Assembly (NCBI GenBank): GCA_964012435.1
Contig: CAXGSM010000001.1
Coordinates: forward strand, 1 to 64,000
Reading direction: 5' to 3'
DNA: 64,000 nucleotides
DNA from: an uncultured bacterium
GTDB lineage: Bacteria; UBP7; UBA6624
Positions 51,333-61,614 of the stretch are shown here, one piece after another. Numbering within the stretch: position 1 is the stretch's first letter; every line of letters begins with the position of its first letter. The translations under genes were made by a program, and so were the position numbers. The notes below the pieces were generated by a model. It was not told where the DNA came from, searched no databases, and saw only the letters and a list, made by a program, of their open reading frames with translations.

Positions 51333-54300
51333 CGACTGTACCTCAGTTTATTAACGCGAGTGCAGGCACAGGAAAGACAACAAGATTAGTAATTTATTAT
51401 TTGTATAAGCTTTTGCAAAGCTCTGATCCAAAGAAAATTATTGCTTGTACATTTACAATTGCGGCAACTAATGAATTTAAAAATAGAGTTATTGAGTATT
51501 TACGAGCACCAGATGAGGATTTGGAAAATTTATTTGAATCCTTTGGCCTTGAACCAATTTCAATTCCAACAAATAAAAACTCTTTTATACCTTTGTTGGA
51601 AATAAAAACATTAGATAGTTTTTTCTTAAGTTTGTTTTCAAAGAATTCAAATAGTATTTTTTATCGAGTTATGACTGATTTTGATTTTGAAAGAGTTTAC
51701 GAAAAGTCTTACAAAGATTGGATCATATCTGCAGAGGGATTTGAAGAGGCTTCATGGCATGGAAGGCTTAAGCAGGTTGTTAAGAAACTGGAGCCTTACG
51801 GCTTGGATGAAATAAAAAACCTTTTTAATTCTTCTAAATTTTTAAATTTAGATATTTTTTTGAAATCGAGAAAAGAAGCAGTTAGCAAGCTTTTTCTTGA
51901 AATTAAAGATTTATTACCTGATGAATTTAAGCCTACTCCAAAAAGTAAAGATTACATAAAATTAATTAATGATGCATATTTAAATCTTGATTTTTCAGAT
52001 ATTAATTCAAGAAAGCTTTTTTCCGAATTGTCAAAGCTTGAAAGACATTTTGGGTCAAGAGATGAGCTTTGTATTGACATAATGAAGAAGATATCAAAAT
52101 TTAAAAAGATATTGAGCAATTATGAAAAAAATGATTTCGAATACCAAGAACAATCTCTTTTAGCGCCAAAATTACTTGATTTAATTTCAATTTTTAAATC
52201 AAAAACAAATAAAGAAAGGCTTATGTCAAGTGGCTTTATATCAAGATCAATTTTACAAAGCTTGAAAAAAGAGGATTTTGATTTTGAGTGTGAACATCTT
52301 TTTGTCGATGAGTTTCAGGATACAAATCGAACCCAAAGCAAAATACTTAACAGCCTTAAAGAAAGATTTGGTTTTGATATTACATTTGTTGGTGATTACA
52401 AGCAGGCTATATATAAATTTAGAGATGCAAGCTCGCAAGCTTTTTTCGAGTTTGATAGCAAGGTTGACCAGAAACACAAGCAATATTTAAATTCTTCATA
52501 CAGGTCAAATAAGTCAGTTCTGGCTTCAACAAATTGGCTTTTTGAAAGATATTATGAAAATCCTGATTATTGGCATTTATTTTCAGATCCAAAATCATTA
52601 ATGTTTTCAAATGAGCAAAATTATCCTTTGACGATTTGGTCTTGTGAAAATGCTGAAATAAACAAAGGCATATGGAAAAAAAGCGGTAGCTTTGGGCGCA
52701 AGTCAAAAAACATAGAAAAAAGAACAGTTGATTGTGTTTCTTGGATAAAAGAAAAGCATCCAGATGAAAGCATTTTGGTTCTAGCAAGAAACTGGAACCA
52801 ATTGGGTAGGATCGCAAAAAGTCTCAATGCATCTGGCTTGAATGCAGTAATTGCCGGTAATCCAAATCTGATTAATGATGATGATATTGATCAGGATGTT
52901 GTGTATTTGAAAAAAATTATTAAGTGCTTGGTTAACCCTGATGATCAAATGCTTTTAAGTTCAGTGCTTTTAGGTAATTGTTTTGCTCATACATTAAAGG
53001 ATCTGGGTTCAAATGAAGGTTTAAAAGAGTCTATTAACTTAATTCAAGCTTATTCTTCTAGAGTTTATCATGGCGATTCAATTACTGCGGTACTCACAGA
53101 CTTCTTAAATGAAACTGGTTACCTTTATGGAATCAAGGGAGATTCACGATCTCATGAAAGAACTCTGAAAATTTTTGAATTTTTAAAAATTATGTTATCA
53201 CATGAGAAAGAAGGCAGTTTTGATAAATTCAGTGATACTTTAGAGTGGATTGATGTTTATTTCAGAACCCATTCCCCACCATCAGGGCTTTCTTCACCAC
53301 AGCCCATTGTTCTTAGGACGGTTTATGGAGCAAAAGGGCTTTCTGCTGATCATGTTGTTATTGTTAATCCGGATGAAAGGTGGCTGAAGAGCTGTTTTGA
53401 GGATCTTGAGTTTGAAAAGATTCTTCCATCTGACTCTTATTCTGAAGGAAATAATTCATTTGAGTTGATTTTGACTAATGATGGTGAGCTTGAATCAATG
53501 TGGCTTTCTTTAGGAAAGGGAGATAATGGTAAATATAAGATTTGGACCAATGAGTCTTTTATTGATTCTTGGGGTAAGAATGCAGGTGAATTTTATGATG
53601 AAGAAGTCAATTTGAATTATGTTTCAATGACAAGAGCTAGAAAAACAATGCATGCAATTTCAAATGGTTTTTATCATCCTCAAAAAACAAGAAAAGGAGA
53701 TTTGTTTTCTGTTGTTTATCGTTTGATTTTGGAAAATTTTGACAATTCATTTGAGGCTTTTTCAAATTCTTCTTTAGGTGAAGTCGATATCCCTATTCCT
53801 GAAAAATACATCAAAGAACAAGCTTCTCAGGGAAATTCTTTTGTTAAATATTTGTTCCCTAAATCCAGAAGGGCTAAAGAAAAATATAGGGCTTTGGATA
53901 GAAGTTTGTTAGACCCTAATTCAGATAATTTTGTTTTAAGTCAGAGGTCAAAAAAAGCAATACCATTAAGTGTTTCGAATGTTGATCAGGTAATCAAAGG
54001 TGATGCTCTTCATAAGGTGCTTGATATTTTTGGCCCACCTGTAAAAGATTCATGGTTGAAAGATGTTCAAAATAGCAGCATCAGTCATGTTTTCAATTTA
54101 GAAAAAAATGATTTTTACAGTTTGATAAGTGATTTTTCAGAAAAATTAAAAAAGAATAAAACATGGCTTGGCTTCACTGCTGATTTTTTAAACATATGGA
54201 CAGAATATCCTTTATGTGGATCATATGAAAAACAGTTTCAAAAAATAGATTTGCTTATCGAGCTAGAGGAAAAATTTATTATTATTGATTGGAAAACAGG

Positions 54301-54460
54301 CCAAAAAACTGATAAAAAAATTGATCAATATTCTCTTCAGGTTAATGCTTATAAAGACGTTTTGTCTAATTTCTTGAAGAAACAAAATGTTAATAAGGGT
54401 ATTGAGTGTTATATAGCCTGGGTTGACCAACGAGATTTGGTTTTTAATGAGGTTTTTTAA
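51329..54460 (+). CDS. addA: AddA/RecB-like SF1 helicase-nuclease
   Basis: ASAGTGKT, TFTIAA, VDEFQDTN, VGDYKQAIYKFR, SYRS, YVSMTRAR; nuclease KIDLL..IIDWKTG. Confidence 0.88.
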   Translation: MTTVPQFINASAGTGKTTRLVIYYLYKLLQSSDPKKIIACTFTIAATNEFKNRVIEYLRAPDEDLENLFESFGLEPISIPTNKNSFIPLLEIKTLDSFFLSLFSKNSNSIFYRVMTDFDFERVYEKSYKDWIISAEGFEEASWHGRLKQVVKKLEPYGLDEIKNLFNSSKFLNLDIFLKSRKEAVSKLFLEIKDLLPDEFKPTPKSKDYIKLINDAYLNLDFSDINSRKLFSELSKLERHFGSRDELCIDIMKKISKFKKILSNYEKNDFEYQEQSLLAPKLLDLISIFKSKTNKERLMSSGFISRSILQSLKKEDFDFECEHLFVDEFQDTNRTQSKILNSLKERFGFDITFVGDYKQAIYKFRDASSQAFFEFDSKVDQKHKQYLNSSYRSNKSVLASTNWLFERYYENPDYWHLFSDPKSLMFSNEQNYPLTIWSCENAEINKGIWKKSGSFGRKSKNIEKRTVDCVSWIKEKHPDESILVLARNWNQLGRIAKSLNASGLNAVIAGNPNLINDDDIDQDVVYLKKIIKCLVNPDDQMLLSSVLLGNCFAHTLKDLGSNEGLKESINLIQAYSSRVYHGDSITAVLTDFLNETGYLYGIKGDSRSHERTLKIFEFLKIMLSHEKEGSFDKFSDTLEWIDVYFRTHSPPSGLSSPQPIVLRTVYGAKGLSADHVVIVNPDERWLKSCFEDLEFEKILPSDSYSEGNNSFELILTNDGELESMWLSLGKGDNGKYKIWTNESFIDSWGKNAGEFYDEEVNLNYVSMTRARKTMHAISNGFYHPQKTRKGDLFSVVYRLILENFDNSFEAFSNSSLGEVDIPIPEKYIKEQASQGNSFVKYLFPKSRRAKEKYRALDRSLLDPNSDNFVLSQRSKKAIPLSVSNVDQVIKGDALHKVLDIFGPPVKDSWLKDVQNSSISHVFNLEKNDFYSLISDFSEKLKKNKTWLGFTADFLNIWTEYPLCGSYEKQFQKIDLLIELEEKFIIIDWKTGQKTDKKIDQYSLQVNAYKDVLSNFLKKQNVNKGIECYIAWVDQRDLVFNEVF

Positions 54461-54462
54461 TT

Positions 54463-55452
54463 GTGAGTTTTAATAAACATTTATTTTTAGGATTTGAGGG
54501 TTTTAATCTTGATTCTGAATTAGAAGATTATCTAATGTGCTTCAAAGCAGAATCATTAATAGTGTTTTCTAGAAACTGGGACTCTCCAGAACAATTTAAA
54601 AAACTATTGAATTCGATTAGAGATCTTTACAACAGGAATGGCTTAGACCAACCTTTAATTGGTGTTGACCAGGAGGGGGGAAAGGTTCAAAGGTTTAAAA
54701 ATGGCTTTATTGACTTTCCTTCATTTTATTCATTAGGCCAAAAGTTTAAAAAAGATGCTTCGTTGGGTTATGTTTATGATTTGGCTCTAGAAAAAGGAAG
54801 GATGTTAAAGGGTCTTGGAATCGATATAAATTTTTCTCCGGTTTTAGATGTTGCTCGAAATAGAAATAATCCAATAATCCATCAGCTAGAAAGATCTTTT
54901 TCTGAAAATGAAAGAATTGTTTCATTGTTATCTGTGGTTTATTCAAGAGGTTTAATGGATTCCGGTATTATTCCTTGCGGTAAACATTTTCCAGGGCATG
55001 GAGGAACCGATAAAGATAGTCATTTAGAGCTTCCTGTAGTTTTGGACTACCCAGAAAAAATGTTTTGCGACCTTGTGCCTTTTTCATCTTTTATCAGTAA
55101 GGGTTTCAATATGCTGATGTCTTCACATGTTCTTTATCCTTCAATTGATCCTGATAGACCAGCAACATTAAGCCAAACAATTAATAAGGGTCTTTTGAGA
55201 AAAGGTCTTGGCTTCAAAGGCGTTCTAGTCAGTGATGACCTATGCATGAAAGCTCTTTATAGCAACAAGATAAAAGAGAAGTTTGATATTAATGATTTAT
55301 TCTTAGAGGCATTAAATGCAGGCAATGACATGGTTCTTGTTTGTCATGAGGAATATGCTAAAAAATTAAACCTAAAAATGCTCCAAAAAAAATCTAAAGG
55401 AAAATTTAGAGATTCAAAATTAAGAATTGATTTTTTAAAAAGTTTAACTTAA
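54463..55452 (+). CDS. nagZ: Beta-N-acetylhexosaminidase (GH3)
   Basis: VDQEGGKVQR, FSPVLD, KHFPGHGGTDKDSH, VSDDLCM. Confidence 0.94.
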   Translation: MSFNKHLFLGFEGFNLDSELEDYLMCFKAESLIVFSRNWDSPEQFKKLLNSIRDLYNRNGLDQPLIGVDQEGGKVQRFKNGFIDFPSFYSLGQKFKKDASLGYVYDLALEKGRMLKGLGIDINFSPVLDVARNRNNPIIHQLERSFSENERIVSLLSVVYSRGLMDSGIIPCGKHFPGHGGTDKDSHLELPVVLDYPEKMFCDLVPFSSFISKGFNMLMSSHVLYPSIDPDRPATLSQTINKGLLRKGLGFKGVLVSDDLCMKALYSNKIKEKFDINDLFLEALNAGNDMVLVCHEEYAKKLNLKMLQKKSKGKFRDSKLRIDFLKSLT

Positions 55453-55455
55453 TTT

Positions 55456-56379
55456 TTAGTTTACTGGTAATTCAGTAGTTTCTTTCTCTGGAACCTCTCT
55501 AATCAACCTGAATCCAATAAGTACATGTTTTGTATTTTCATCCCATTCCCTAAAAAAAGCAGTTCGACAGGTTTCAGGAATTGAATTCCAAGAGCATCCT
55601 TTAGTGATTGTTTTTGAAATTATGTTTTTGTCATTTGTTTCTGACTCTGTTGCTGTCCACTCCATCACATTTCCCATTGCATCAAGCAATCCGTAAGGGT
55701 AGGGGCTTTTGTCTTTTTCATATTCTCCCACCTTGCTGGTGCCTTTGCTTCCTGAGTTCAAATAGCTTGAATCCCATTTGTTTCCCCAAGGGTATGTTCT
55801 TCCATCCTTTCCTCTTGTCGCTTTTTCCCATTCATTAGCTGTTGGCAATCGGTATTTACAGCCATCTTGAATCGAAAGCCATTCGGCATATTTTTCAGCA
55901 TCCTTTTTGCTAACCAATACAACAGGATGATCTGCCATGCCTTCAGGATACCTGGTTCCATTCCATATGTATTTTTCAATCAAGTCAAAAGTGAATCTAG
56001 GTGATACTGGAAAGTCAAAATACATTTTTTGTTTCTCCCATTCTTCTATTGTTATTGAAGGAGATCTGTGTCCAGTCCATCTTACAAAAAGTCTAAATTC
56101 ACTTTGAGTAACTAATTTTTTACTTATTTCAAATTTTGAAGTTTCTTTTTCATGAAGATCAGGCTCTCTTTCAAAAATATTTAGAATACCAGCAATTTCA
56201 GGATTAATTTTTTGCTTTTCTTCGATAGATGATCCTGATTTAAACTTTCCAGCTTCTATCTTTGTGTAGTTTTTGTCTATTGTCGGACAAACAGGTTCCC
56301 TTTTTTCATAAGTGTCATCTGCAAAAATATTTAATGTAAAAGCAAATGAAAAGGCAAGAAGTGCGATTTTCTTTTTCAT
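55456..56379 (-). CDS. Secreted FGE-sulfatase (SUMF1-like) domain protein
   Basis: Signal peptide; HPVVLVS, RLPTANEWEKA.RG, YPWG, GLLDAMGNVMEW, IGFR. Confidence 0.9.
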   Translation of the reverse strand: MKKKIALLAFSFAFTLNIFADDTYEKREPVCPTIDKNYTKIEAGKFKSGSSIEEKQKINPEIAGILNIFEREPDLHEKETSKFEISKKLVTQSEFRLFVRWTGHRSPSITIEEWEKQKMYFDFPVSPRFTFDLIEKYIWNGTRYPEGMADHPVVLVSKKDAEKYAEWLSIQDGCKYRLPTANEWEKATRGKDGRTYPWGNKWDSSYLNSGSKGTSKVGEYEKDKSPYPYGLLDAMGNVMEWTATESETNDKNIISKTITKGCSWNSIPETCRTAFFREWDENTKHVLIGFRLIREVPEKETTELPVN

Positions 56380-56411
56380 ATTAAAAAGATGATACATTAT
56401 TTTTTAATAAT

Positions 56412-57407
56412 TTATTCTGAAATGGCATCAAAGATTCCATCTTTAACAAGTCTGGAGAAAAGCATAACCAATTCTGAATCAAGCTTTCCTGCTTGAGCCT
56501 CTTCTTGGAGTATCCTTATTGCAGTTTCTGGGCTCATTGATTTTTTGTAGCTTCTTGTTGTTGTTAAAGCGTCATATATATCTGCAATAGCCATTATGCG
56601 TGATTCTTTAGTTATCTCATCTCCTTTTAATTTATCTGGATACCCAGATCCATCTAGTTTTTCATGGTGGTGAAGAACTATGTCAACAACAGCTTTAAGC
56701 GATTTTAAGTCCTGAAGAATATCTGCACCTATAGATGGATGAAGAAGTATATGTTTCCATTCTTCTTCAGACAGTTTTCCTTCCTTGTTTAAAACTGCAT
56801 CTGGTACAGCAATTTTTCCAAGATCGTGAAGAAGAGCTCCTCTTTTAAGGTTTCTTAAATCCCATTCTTCCAGCCCAGCAGCTTCCCCTAACTTCACTGC
56901 ATATGTTGTGACTCTCTCCACATGTCCTTCTGTATACTTGTCTTTTGCTTCAATTATTTTTGCAGTCATTGCTATTACTGCATCAACGCTTTCAAGTTCG
57001 TCCAGAAGGTTTTTGCCTCTTAGCAGGTTTCTAACTCTTGCCATGAGTAATGATTTGTTGAATGGTTTTGTTATAAAGTCATCAGCACCAAGTTCAATCC
57101 CTTTAACATTGCTGTCTATATCTGATAATGCTGTTAAAAGTATTATTGGAATAAGCTCTGTTTCTCTGTTTGATCTAACATTTTCCAAAACTTGGAAGCC
57201 ATCTATTTTTGGCATCATGACGTCTAAGAGAACTAAGTCTGGATGTTTTTTATCAATTTGCTCAAGAGCTTCTTCACCATCTCTTGCCACCCTCACATCA
57301 TGTCCTCTGCTTACTAGCAAAGCCTCTAAAACTCTTACATTCATTTCATTGTCATCAACAACAAGAATATCCGCTTTCGGCATTGGCATATTTATCATTC
57401 TAATCAT
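56412..57407 (-). CDS. Response regulator with HD-GYP domain (c-di-GMP phosphodiesterase)
   Basis: VVDD, LLDVMMP, ITKPF; LHDLGK, HHEKLDGSGYP, ADIYDAL; start may be 57389. Confidence 0.94.
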   Translation of the reverse strand: MIRMINMPMPKADILVVDDNEMNVRVLEALLVSRGHDVRVARDGEEALEQIDKKHPDLVLLDVMMPKIDGFQVLENVRSNRETELIPIILLTALSDIDSNVKGIELGADDFITKPFNKSLLMARVRNLLRGKNLLDELESVDAVIAMTAKIIEAKDKYTEGHVERVTTYAVKLGEAAGLEEWDLRNLKRGALLHDLGKIAVPDAVLNKEGKLSEEEWKHILLHPSIGADILQDLKSLKAVVDIVLHHHEKLDGSGYPDKLKGDEITKESRIMAIADIYDALTTTRSYKKSMSPETAIRILQEEAQAGKLDSELVMLFSRLVKDGIFDAISE

Positions 57408-57428
57408 TGGATTAGGATAAGCGTAAGC

Positions 57429-59279
57429 ATGTCAATAAGAGCACGTTTATTATTACTTTTCCCTTTGCTGTTTGTTTTGGTTATAGGTATATCTGGAAGT
57501 ATAACTTTGAAAAAAATAAATGACAATATAGCTCGTTCTCAAGAAACAACAATTAATTCTCAAACACTTTTGCTTAAAAGATTTTTTAGAAATTATGGAT
57601 CCAAAACAAAAGATTCTTCTGCCTCCATAGCTGCTGATATGGGTCAGGCCGAGGAACCTTTAGAGAGATGGGGAAGGCTGAGCACTAAAACTGTAAAAGA
57701 AAATTTTGACTTAGTAGTTTTTCATGATCTTCCAAACAACACCTTCGCCTCTTGGGAAAAAAATGATTGGTTAGGTTTTGAAAAAGAGGATAAAACTTTT
57801 ATATCAAACCTTTCAGAGCAGCCTGTTTATGGTTGGGATTATTTTATGTTAGGCGATGAGCCAGTGGCAGTAGGCTATGCTCCTGTTTTTGACATCCCTA
57901 GTGGTGTATCCCAAAACGATTATGAAGCATGGCTTGAAGGTGATTTAAATGAATTAAAACTGGAAAGAATAGGTACTTTGGTTTTGGGTGTAAGAGTTAA
58001 GAGCACCATGATTCCGGAAGCTTTTAAGTACCTGACTGTCGAAGACATTCTTTACTTTAATAAAAATGAAACACCAACATCTTTTAAATCTTTTGAGGTA
58101 GAGCAGGTTATAGGAGAGGGTCCTGGCTCGGTTTCAAATTTTATTCAAGAAGAAATTGTTGAAAATGGCAAATGGGCAATAACTTATGACCAACCTTATG
58201 CAGTGCAAGGTTTTCCTTTGGTTGGGCCAAACAGTGGTGATGGGAAGGGTGCAGTTGTTATTGTGAGCAACATGTCTCAAGATATATCCATAGGCGAGGA
58301 ATTGTTTGCAGGCATGCAGATGCTTCTCGTTATTACTGTTTTAATAGCTGTAATAATCGCGATAATATTAGGAAGATCAATATCTAGACCCATTAGGGTT
58401 TTGGCAGATGCTGTAGAAGACATGGAGCCAGGAAAAGATATGAACATCTCTATAAGCAATAAGGCAAAAGATGAAATATCAATATTAGGTCGTTCTGTTT
58501 TTTCAATGCATAAAAGAATAGAAAACCAGGTTAACGAACTTGAAACATTAAATGAGCAAGTTTCATCTGCTTATGAATCAAAATCTAGGTTTTTATCAAC
58601 AATGAGCCATGAGTTGAGAACTCCTTTGAATGCAATAATAAATTTTTCAGAAATATTAAAAGAAAAAAGTTTCGGACCGCTCAAAGAAAGGCAAGAGGAA
58701 TTTATTGAGAATATTAATGAAAGTGCAAACCATTTGTTGGCATTGATTAATGATATCTTAGACCTTTCAAGGTCTGAAGTTGGAAAGACTAAATCAAATC
58801 CGGAAAAAATGCAAATAAGAGAAGTTTTAGAAAGCGTATTAAAAGAGCTTGAGGTTATAGCAGATAAACAAAAAATAATAATATCTTCAGAAATTGAAGG
58901 ACCAGGTGAATTGTGGTGTGACCCCAGGCATGCAAGGCAAATATTAACAAATTTGATAGGCAATTCAATTAAATACAATAAAGAGGAAGGAAGTGTAGAT
59001 ATTAAAATTTACCCCAATGAGGATCCTAGATTTATGACTGTTAGCGTGCGTGATACTGGTTTAGGGATACCCGAAGAGGAACAGGCATCTATCTTTGAAG
59101 CTTTCACCAGAGCAAAATCTACTGATAGGTCAGCTATATCTGGAACAGGCTTAGGTTTGGCTCTTGTTAAACAGTTAGCAGGATTGAATCAGGGTGATGT
59201 TTATCTAACTTCTTCTTCTGATGATGGAACTGAGTTTCATCTAATACTTCCTGTTTTAGATATTAAAAAAAGTAGGTGA
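57429..59279 (+). CDS. Membrane sensor histidine kinase (HAMP-HisKA-HATPase)
   Basis: Two TMs, KDEI, MSHELRTPLNAI, NLIGNSIKY, DTGLGI, GTGLGL. Confidence 0.95.
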   Translation: MSIRARLLLLFPLLFVLVIGISGSITLKKINDNIARSQETTINSQTLLLKRFFRNYGSKTKDSSASIAADMGQAEEPLERWGRLSTKTVKENFDLVVFHDLPNNTFASWEKNDWLGFEKEDKTFISNLSEQPVYGWDYFMLGDEPVAVGYAPVFDIPSGVSQNDYEAWLEGDLNELKLERIGTLVLGVRVKSTMIPEAFKYLTVEDILYFNKNETPTSFKSFEVEQVIGEGPGSVSNFIQEEIVENGKWAITYDQPYAVQGFPLVGPNSGDGKGAVVIVSNMSQDISIGEELFAGMQMLLVITVLIAVIIAIILGRSISRPIRVLADAVEDMEPGKDMNISISNKAKDEISILGRSVFSMHKRIENQVNELETLNEQVSSAYESKSRFLSTMSHELRTPLNAIINFSEILKEKSFGPLKERQEEFIENINESANHLLALINDILDLSRSEVGKTKSNPEKMQIREVLESVLKELEVIADKQKIIISSEIEGPGELWCDPRHARQILTNLIGNSIKYNKEEGSVDIKIYPNEDPRFMTVSVRDTGLGIPEEEQASIFEAFTRAKSTDRSAISGTGLGLALVKQLAGLNQGDVYLTSSSDDGTEFHLILPVLDIKKSR

Positions 59280-59285
59280 AAACAC

Positions 59286-59474
59286 ATGAAAGATCATGAT
59301 GAAATTTTTGCAAAAATATTAAAGAAAATTGATCAGAGGTTTATGTCCGGAGATTTAAATAATATTGAATCAGCCTTGCATCTTTTACTTCATAATGTTA
59401 GAGATGTTCCTGACAGGCCATGGAAAAATATAGTAAATTTTTTGGAATCTGAATACCTCTCTGATGAAGATTAG
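59286..59474 (+). CDS. Small hypothetical protein
   Basis: AGGTG upstream; fills the gap between co-oriented genes. Confidence 0.55.
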   Translation: MKDHDEIFAKILKKIDQRFMSGDLNNIESALHLLLHNVRDVPDRPWKNIVNFLESEYLSDED

Positions 59475-60612
59475 TTTTTTTATAGTATTGATTTTTTCTT
59501 TTTCGGCTTTTAAGACAGTAGCCATTAACCCTTGTGATTTAAAGATTGATCCAGTGGATATTTTAGTCTTTTTCAATCAAGAGCAAAGCTTTAGCGCAAG
59601 GGAGGAATTGTGGAAAAAATTTCGTTATGGAAATCAAGATTACAAAGGTTCTGCAGAGCAGAACTACAGACTTTCCAGATCTCTTTTAGGTAATATTGAG
59701 TATTTGAATTTCGAAAAACCTGATTCTGTTGTTGAGTTTTTAGATCTTTTGGGTATCGATTCAAGTTTTTCAAATCGCTCAAAATTGTATTCATTTTATG
59801 TAAAAAAACGTGATTTATACAGGGGTGAAAAGAGTCAAAATCAAGACATTATTGATGAAGTTATAAAAGCTATTTATGAAATTAGAGCGATAGAGGAAAA
59901 TGTGGAGGTTAAACCCTATAAGCAAGGTGTCATCTTGCCGGAAGAAAACTCATTGCTTGAAACTCTCTGGAAGCGAAATTTTAAAAATCAATCATGGAAA
60001 AAAGAAGATCCCGAACAGAAAAAACAACTTGAAACATTGCTTAAAACGAGACTTGTAAATGAAAATTTTGATTTTTCAAAACTAAAAGACATAATGCTTT
60101 ATCTGGGTTTTGTTGAGAATATTCAAAATAAAGATATTCTCTGGAGAGAAATGAGAAGATATTATCCTATTTATAGAAATAAAAATTACAGGAAAAGTAC
60201 TAAAAATGACAACCTGCTATCAGGATGGCTGAAAGAGAGGTATATGATCGGGCAAAACTCCACATTTTTTATTGAGGTTTTAATGACTGCATATAACCCT
60301 TTAGTTGAACAAACTGATTCAACCCCTTTTGAGGCTGCATCAGGAAAAATTGTTCGAGAGGGTTATGTTGCCGTTAGCAAGGATCTTGAATCAAGGTTTC
60401 CTTTAGGTTCATTTATTGAGATTGTGATTGTTTGTGAAATTAATCAAAAGGGTGACTGTCTCAATTCAGAATCAGAACAAATAGGTGATTTTTTTCGTTT
60501 GAAAATTGAGGACAGAATGCATCCTAGGAAAAAGAATCAAATTGATATTTTTTTCATGTGCAAAGAGGATGCAATTGATTTTGGCAGAAGAAAAGCTTTA
60601 TTGCTTTTTTGA
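59464..60612 (+). CDS. Exported protein with C-terminal 3D (MltA-like) domain
   Basis: MTAYN....QTDSTPF.AASG, VAVS.DL, IEDRM, IDIFF. Confidence 0.8.
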   Translation: MKISFFIVLIFSFSAFKTVAINPCDLKIDPVDILVFFNQEQSFSAREELWKKFRYGNQDYKGSAEQNYRLSRSLLGNIEYLNFEKPDSVVEFLDLLGIDSSFSNRSKLYSFYVKKRDLYRGEKSQNQDIIDEVIKAIYEIRAIEENVEVKPYKQGVILPEENSLLETLWKRNFKNQSWKKEDPEQKKQLETLLKTRLVNENFDFSKLKDIMLYLGFVENIQNKDILWREMRRYYPIYRNKNYRKSTKNDNLLSGWLKERYMIGQNSTFFIEVLMTAYNPLVEQTDSTPFEAASGKIVREGYVAVSKDLESRFPLGSFIEIVIVCEINQKGDCLNSESEQIGDFFRLKIEDRMHPRKKNQIDIFFMCKEDAIDFGRRKALLLF

Positions 60613-60615
60613 GAC

Positions 60616-61608
60616 TCAACTCTTTCCAACATCATTTTTAAGGTGTTTCTCATTGAGTAATTGGCAAATTGCATAGTCTTTCGCTTTAACCTCACATTCC
60701 CACTTTATTTCACGATGTGCATCTGGCGGAAAATAATTAGTGCTAAAGTAGTCACGATGAGAACGAGGTTTGTCTTTTTTCCCTTGTGACCAGTGGAATA
60801 CTGGGTCTATGTTTTTAGGCCATGTTTCTAAGCATAAATTCATATTTTTTTCTAGGCTGTTACCACAGGTGTTGTTACATTCATCATGTAAATTGTCATA
60901 ACAAACAGGCACGCTTACGTTATATGTGTTTTTTATGTATTGGTGAAATATTAAAATATGTTTCACGCTAAAGAAACCCTTATCTTCATTCTCTATAGTA
61001 AGGCGATTACGAATCGAGCTTGAGCACTTCTTGAAGCCTTTGTAAAATCTTTCACCTAGTTCTTTTATCTGCTTTTCAAGATTTGCCTTTTTGTCGTTGG
61101 GGCTAGCATTTATATGGATATTAATAGGGCAAGTGTAATCTTTTGGCATGCCCATCATATCGATAATGCTTGCTTGAAAATCAAGCTCTTTAACGGTTTT
61201 GGAAACTGATTTTTTATTATTTGATGCAAGGACATTAAATTGATCAGGGTGGCTGCCAATGCTTATGGGTGATTTTTTAATCTGTGCCCCTAGGCATATA
61301 AGCTGTTTTTTAATGCCTGATGCATTGTCTAGCGCATTAAACGATAAATTAAGTGTAGGGTCTGTTAGTAATGGAAAGCCTGCACAGGTAAGGCGATAAT
61401 GAGCAATGCCTTTTTTTTCACAATGCTTGATTATCAATGAGGTAACTTCTATGTTTTTTGAAATCCTTTTTGACAATTCTTTGATTGCATAGTTGCGATT
61501 ATGCATCATTGTTAAATCGTTGAATCTTTTACGAGTCATGGTGCGAAATGAATTTTCTTTATCAACGCTCTTAAGCTGTTCTGATATGCAAACTAAACCT
61601 AATTTCAC
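60616..61608 (-). CDS. uvsE: UV-damage endonuclease
   Basis: LGLVCIS, SHPDQFNVLAS, INIH, RLTIENED, YDNLH, FHWS, ECEVKAKD. Confidence 0.92.
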   Translation of the reverse strand: MKLGLVCISEQLKSVDKENSFRTMTRKRFNDLTMMHNRNYAIKELSKRISKNIEVTSLIIKHCEKKGIAHYRLTCAGFPLLTDPTLNLSFNALDNASGIKKQLICLGAQIKKSPISIGSHPDQFNVLASNNKKSVSKTVKELDFQASIIDMMGMPKDYTCPINIHINASPNDKKANLEKQIKELGERFYKGFKKCSSSIRNRLTIENEDKGFFSVKHILIFHQYIKNTYNVSVPVCYDNLHDECNNTCGNSLEKNMNLCLETWPKNIDPVFHWSQGKKDKPRSHRDYFSTNYFPPDAHREIKWECEVKAKDYAICQLLNEKHLKNDVGKS

Positions 61609-61614
61609 AGAATT

